Shown here: piece by piece, positions 59,073 to 64,000 of the stretch | How positions within the stretch are numbered: the stretch's first letter is position 1 | Layout: each line of letters begins with the position of its first letter | The notes under the pieces: generated by a model | The model's database searches: none | Told to the model about the DNA's origin: nothing | What the model saw: the letters and a program-made list of their open reading frames with translations, nothing else | Virus record (IMG/VR): IMGVR_UViG_3300037722_000435 | Location: 2,997 to 66,996 of that record | Source: a virus | Lineage: Duplodnaviria > Caudoviricetes | Reading direction: 5' to 3' (one strand) | Length of the DNA: 64,000 nt | Program-made: the position numbers and the translations under genes

Positions 59073-60392
59073 AGCTAATCTCCTTTTTACTGGGAATTGT
59101 ATTCATATTTAAAATAGATTCATTTTTTAACAAATTAAATTTGGTTTTCTCTAATATATGAATAGCGTTGGGGTAGGGTAATCTACAATCAGAGATAAAA
59201 GACTGTATAAATACCTCTGTCGTGAAGATCCTGGCTTGTAAACTAGACTTACCTATTTTTTTGAATAATTCAAGATAGTCTGGTTTAATGGATTTTAAAA
59301 GTGCTTCAGTGTCCTTAATTGCCTTGTCAATATTATCTTCAGAAGACTCTGACACATATGCTAACTTTTTAGATTTATCTTTCTTTATCATAAAAGGGCG
59401 GAGGATGAAAGATAAGAGAATCACATCCATCAGGCGTTTTACCTCCCCCTTTATTTTCCTGACTATTAAGAATCTTTAAATTAACTAATTTGTCAAAGTA
59501 TTTTCTCTCGTGTTCGTTTAAATTAACACTTCCATCTGTTTGCAAATTATGTAATAAACCTAGCATAGTATCATAATAAAATGACTCTCCCCTGTCATTC
59601 TTAAATATATAAAGTGGTTTTAAATATAATTTATTCAGTTTTGCCATTTTCCCCCCTTAAATTAAAGTAACAAGTAGAACACACATTAATTTCTCTCTGG
59701 GTTTCTTTATCTATAATAATCAAATTTCCAGAGGACTTACCGTCGCATCCTTCAATATTACAATTTTCAGCTTTCATAAGTCCTCCTCCGAACTCAAAAT
59801 AATATACTTTCCTGGATCTATTCTTGTACTCGGAGGCAATACCTCATGCTCTCCAGTTTCTTTATTAAATACAACTAATTCACCCATTTAAACCTCCAAA
59901 CAGATGGGGGAAGACCCCCCACCCAAAAAATCTCCTCAACACATCTGCCTAAAGACACATAAGGAGTTAATATTGTTTTCATAATTCTATTAAACATCTC
60001 TACTTTATATACTTTTCTTACCCTTTAAGAGTTACGAAAAGTCTTATTCTTCCCCCCTTTAAATTTAAATGGCAAACTTCTTAATCTGTTTTCCTCTTCT
60101 AATCTGTTAATTCTCTTTCTCAGTCTTAATATTTCTATCTTGGTCTCCAGGAGACTTAATTTAATTAGCTGAATAACATCATTTGCGTTTAAAACTTTAA
60201 CATTTCTCATCTAATTCTCTGCCTCCCATCTTCTTGACCATAAATTGATTTATTCTTTTTCTTTATTCGTAGTTTAAGATAATTCATTTTATTAGTTAAA
60301 TATTTATGATGCAGTGCACAAGAAGAACAGTATCTATTTAATCCATAGTTCTTTATTACTTGATCACAACATAAACACTTTTTAATCTTCAT
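59062..60392 (-). other. Small hypothetical early genes (59062-59430, 59375-59647, 60025-60210, 60207-60392 and sub-60-aa ORFs)
   Basis: Co-oriented ORFs with GGAGG/GGGGG RBS and ATGA overlaps. Confidence 0.55.
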
Positions 60393-60530
60393 AAGTAACC
60401 CCCCTTAAACTCCCTTTTTCTAAGTTTAAAATAAAGACTCTTAATAAAAAACTTCCCATTATCCAACCGATTAATTGATAAAGGGAATAAAGGAAAATGT
60501 TTAAAAAACCCCTATTCCCAAATATTAAAC

Positions 60531-60863
60531 TCATCTTTCCCCCCCTAAATAAATAAGAAAACTTAAAAGCGCGACAATGACAATCAAAAAGGAAATTGAA
60601 TAAGCTTTATATTCTGTCCATTTTTCTATATTATTTATTATTTCTTTATTTTCTGAATGCTTATAAGTGTACATCCCTCCAGAATTTAGAAAATTAACTT
60701 TATCTAAACCGACAATACATATATAATCATCATCCACATATTTTTTTAAATCTTCTTTATGGCTTAATTCGTGCATAACTATTGAAGTAATTAAAACGCC
60801 GTTAAATAGAAATACAACTAAGATAAACTTACTTACTATTTGTGTTATTTTCTTTATATTCAT
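60531..60863 (-). CDS. Small membrane protein with HExxH (possible metallopeptidase)
   Basis: TM followed by VMHELSH, then EYKAY and a second TM. Confidence 0.55.
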   Translation of the reverse strand: MNIKKITQIVSKFILVVFLFNGVLITSIVMHELSHKEDLKKYVDDDYICIVGLDKVNFLNSGGMYTYKHSENKEIINNIEKWTEYKAYSISFLIVIVALLSFLIYLGGER

Positions 60864-60929
60864 CTGTTTTCCTGCGTTTACAGTTCGCCAACTTTGAATA
60901 TAAAACCCAAAAAAAATAAATTGGGTTCG

Positions 60930-61971
60930 TTAAATTCCTATTTGTTTAAGTCGTCTGTTTATCTCTGGCTTTTCTTCGTCTGGTAAGCTATCCCAATACT
61001 CCATTAAGATATTAAACCCTTTTTGATAGTCTGGGTTTGGTTCTTTATATGCTTTAAAGTCTTTTATCATCTCTTTAACTATCTCTGCTTTTTCTCTGTC
61101 TAAAATTGGAAGTTCTATATATCCCCTTCTTAATTCGTTACTTATTAACATTTTTTTCTCAATAAGGCGATTTAAAAAACTTTCAATTACACTTAAAACT
61201 TCTTCTTCGTTTTCTTTGGTTATAAATTGTTTATCTATTATCATTAGTAATTTAAGAGTTTTCTCACTGTTTCCCTTCTGACAGATTTAAACCCATGTTC
61301 GTTTAACAACTGATTAAAACCTTTTATATCAGTAATTGGTAGAATGTAGTGCCACGCATAAGATTTTATTTCTTGCGATTCTTTTTTTGTTTTCATTTGT
61401 AACCATCTAAAGAATAATTAAAACCTGCTTCTTCGTTAAGTGCTTTAAATATATCTCTCTTCTCCTGGTCTGTTCGATCCTCCCATAAAGATTTATTTCT
61501 TAAAAGCACGTCAAAAGCTCTTTTATAGTTTTTTATCATCTTTAACTCTTCCCCCTTTCAATTCTTTAATATGATTCCGCCTTAATTTGTTAAATTCTTT
61601 TCTAACTAAAATTAAATACTCTTTGTGATATTTGCGGCTTAAAGTATGTTTGGCTTTACTTCTTGCCTTGCTTCTTATTTTCTCCTGTTCTTCTCTGCTT
61701 AATTCTTTTCTATATTTTTTAATATGTTTCATCTTTTCACCTGTTCCACTTTCCAAATAAAAAAAGGAAAGAAAAAAAATAAATTTATTTATAAAATCTT
61801 TGTACTCTTCGCACCAGTTAAATAAATCACTATTTGGCTTGTGTCGCTTTGGTCATAACCTAAACTCTCGAAAGCATCTTTAAGCTCTTCTATACCTCGT
61901 TCTGTATAACCTTGTTTATCTTTTTTGTTGTATTTATTTAAAATCTCCTTTGCTCGTTCTTTTGTTATCAT
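60930..61971 (-). other. Small hypothetical early genes (60930-61244, 61523-61756, 61789-61971)
   Basis: Co-oriented short ORFs. Confidence 0.55.
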
Positions 61972-62212
61972 TTTACCCCTCCTTTCATTTTTAAAATATC
62001 AATTTCTAAACTATTAATTATAAAATCACAAAATAATATCTTTTGATCTGTGTCCATAGTATTAATTAACTCTAGTTTAATCTTCTCAGTTTGTTTAATT
62101 AGTTCGTTTAATTTAATCATTCCAAACCCCCAAATATAATTAACTTAAGTTCTTTCATTCTTTCAAATTCAGAATCGCTTAAAGGCCTTTCTAAAGAAAC
62201 ATTACTTAATGC

Positions 62213-62273
62213 TTTCATATAAATCGTGTTTTTCGGATACCCAAGCCATTTATGGTTGGGAGGAGAAAAACTT
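62213..62273. repeat. Palindromic element type R, copy 2
   Basis: 57/61 identical to 50721-50781, with a compensatory pair change. Confidence 0.9.
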
Positions 62274-62297
62274 CCTCGTTGTATTTAGTTGTGAACA

Positions 62298-62567
62298 TTA
62301 TGAACACCTCTTCAACTTTTGAATTTCTTTATGAGCTATCTTTAGTGCTTCTTGCTTAGATTTAAACTCACCCAAGTTAAACCCTCTTCCTTCATCGGAT
62401 GAAAAAACAACATAATCTACTTTTTTCTCTCCAGCCATTTGCCTTTTTGAAACACTTACTGATTTTTGTTCATAAAAAGGTTTATCTAAATCTGTTTGAA
62501 AATATATATCTCCGTTTCTTCTTACTACTTTTCTCCAACATTTGTTTTCTTGTGTTACTTTTGCCAT
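62298..62567 (-). CDS. 89-aa hypothetical protein (cargo between the L and R palindromes)
   Basis: GGAG RBS directly after element L. Confidence 0.7.
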   Translation of the reverse strand: MAKVTQENKCWRKVVRRNGDIYFQTDLDKPFYEQKSVSVSKRQMAGEKKVDYVVFSSDEGRGFNLGEFKSKQEALKIAHKEIQKLKRCS

Positions 62568-62583
62568 ATTAGTTTTTCTCCGT

Positions 62584-62623
62584 TAGGATACTCCACCCTT
62601 TAGGGTGTGAGAGGATGTCATTT
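62584..62623. repeat. Palindromic element type L, copy 2
   Basis: CTC-CACCCT-TT-AGGGTG-T-GAG, covarying with 51523-51562. Confidence 0.85.
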
Positions 62624-62668
62624 CCGCCAGGTTTCTCATATACTCAAATTCTTTTATTAAATCATTTA

Positions 62669-63381
62669 TCATTTTAAAAACTCCTTTGTTCTTTTTTTAT
62701 ATAACTCTAAAGATTCTTTATTACTCAACCCCTCATAAATACTATTATGATAACTTAAACTTTTACACGTTGTACAAGTAGGATCATTATAATTTAATTC
62801 TATATGATTCTTACATTTTATTAAACTAGTTGTCATAATTATTAAACTCCTCTTTAAAGACAATAAGATAACTACTTTCTAAAGGAATAACCGAACTTAT
62901 AATTAAATTATCTTTTAACATTAATTTTAAAGTATCCTTTAAAGAAATCATTTTAAACCATTCCTCTTAATTAAATTAAGTATATTATTATCAATTTCCT
63001 CAGTTTTTAAACGTATAATAGACTGAATTTGATTATTTAATAAATTAATCCTTTTATCTATTTCTTCCATAGTGTAACAATTTGTAACAGGTCTGTAACA
63101 GCTAAATTTATATCCTTATTGATCTCTTGCAACTTTATTATTAACTCCTCGTTTAGTCTTATTACTTTACTCATTTTAACCTCGAATTTCTTACAATTAC
63201 AACTAATCTTATTTTGAATACCCGAAGTTTTTCCTCTTAAACAACACTCATAACCCTTATAGGTAATATGAAATCTTTTTTCATGCCCACATTTGCAAAT
63301 ATAACCAGGTGCGGATTTCTGTTGCGACATATTTATACGTTGCAGAGGTCTTGGCTCCGTTCCGACCTGGTTATTATTCAT
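62669..63381 (-). other. First early genes (62669-62863 and Zn-finger-like 63058-63381)
   Basis: CKNH..CTTC in the first. CKCGH..H..C..C.C in the second. Confidence 0.55.
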
Positions 63382-63399
63382 AGTGTCTTATTTTGATTA

Positions 63400-63760
63400 T
63401 ATAGGTAGACACATAATAACATAAATTAATATATCTTATGTGCCTACTCTACTTTTATTTATTGTATTCTTATTACACATAGTTTCTTTATAAATGTTTC
63501 TATGTTTATAAGTAGTATAATAAAGTATATAAATATTTATATACCTATTGATTGCAGCACATTTTTAGAACATTTTTAAGAACGTTTTTTCCACTTTTTT
63601 AAGAACGTTTTCACGGACATTTTTTAAGGGAATGGTATAAGTGGTACTTGTTTCTAATAGTTATAAAATTTAGACACTACTAAAAAGTATATAAAGGGTT
63701 TCACGAGATTTGATTTGATTACCTGTCTGTATTGTAAAAATAAATAAATTTAGGGAAGAA
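63400..63760. promoter_or_regulatory. Divergent promoter / candidate origin region
   Basis: Non-coding and very AT-rich. Inverted repeat 63405-16/63436-47. Direct repeat TTTTTAAGAACGTTTT at 63573 and 63596. Confidence 0.5.
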
Positions 63761-63956
63761 TGAAAAAGTATACAAACTATGATTATCTTTAGTTATTATG
63801 GTTATGTTGAAAAAGAGTTGTGAACGATATAAGTTTGAAATGAATCAATTATATGTCTAATGGATTTTATTATTGTTGGAATTGTTGGAAATGTTATAAA
63901 ATTAGAATGAAACAGAAAAGAGAAAGGTTTATAAATAAGGAGAGTTTGAATATACA

Positions 63957-64000
63957 ATGAAATGTTTGAAATGCGATACTGAATTTCCAGAAACTAATTT
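63957..64000 (+). CDS. Start of a CxxC protein running off the window
   Basis: MKCLKCDTEFPET. TATA TTTATAAA at 63928, 29 nt upstream. Confidence 0.5.
   Translation, partial: MKCLKCDTEFPETN

Noticed and set aside
46539-59479. + strand ORFs within the early block (for example 47793-47981, 50780-51046, 51701-52051, 55297-55524)
   Set aside because: They are antisense shadows of coupled - strand genes.
1-64000. Alternative genetic code, integrase/att site, rRNA
   Set aside because: Long ORFs read cleanly in the standard code, and no recombinase motifs or rRNA-like sequence were seen.

Overview
AT-rich (roughly 30% GC) segment of a tailed dsDNA virus (HK97-fold head, non-contractile-type tail), most likely infecting an archaeon. 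The host call rests on TATA boxes 28-31 nt upstream of start codons, oligo-T terminators and archaeal-style surface-protein domains; a DPANN-type host is inference. The + strand (1-44149) is the morphogenesis block: end of terminase, intein-containing portal, protease/scaffold, major capsid, neck, tail tube, chaperones, tape measure and hub. It is interleaved with three glycosyltransferases, about ten signal-peptide or membrane-anchored sequon-rich modular proteins and four HNH endonucleases. The - strand (44181-63381) holds many small early genes, two DNA methyltransferases and two more endonucleases. No polymerase, primase, helicase, integrase, reverse transcriptase, tRNA or CRISPR array was recognised. 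Best leads: (1) two unrelated genes, each bracketed by the same pair of covarying palindromes, suggesting a non-autonomous cargo-cassette system; (2) an orphan DGR-type variable repeat; (3) a C5 methyltransferase gene double-coded over about two thirds of its length, including a promoter-carrying HNH gene; (4) a suite of apparently exported, glycosylated, disulfide-rich proteins inside a head-tail morphogenesis operon.
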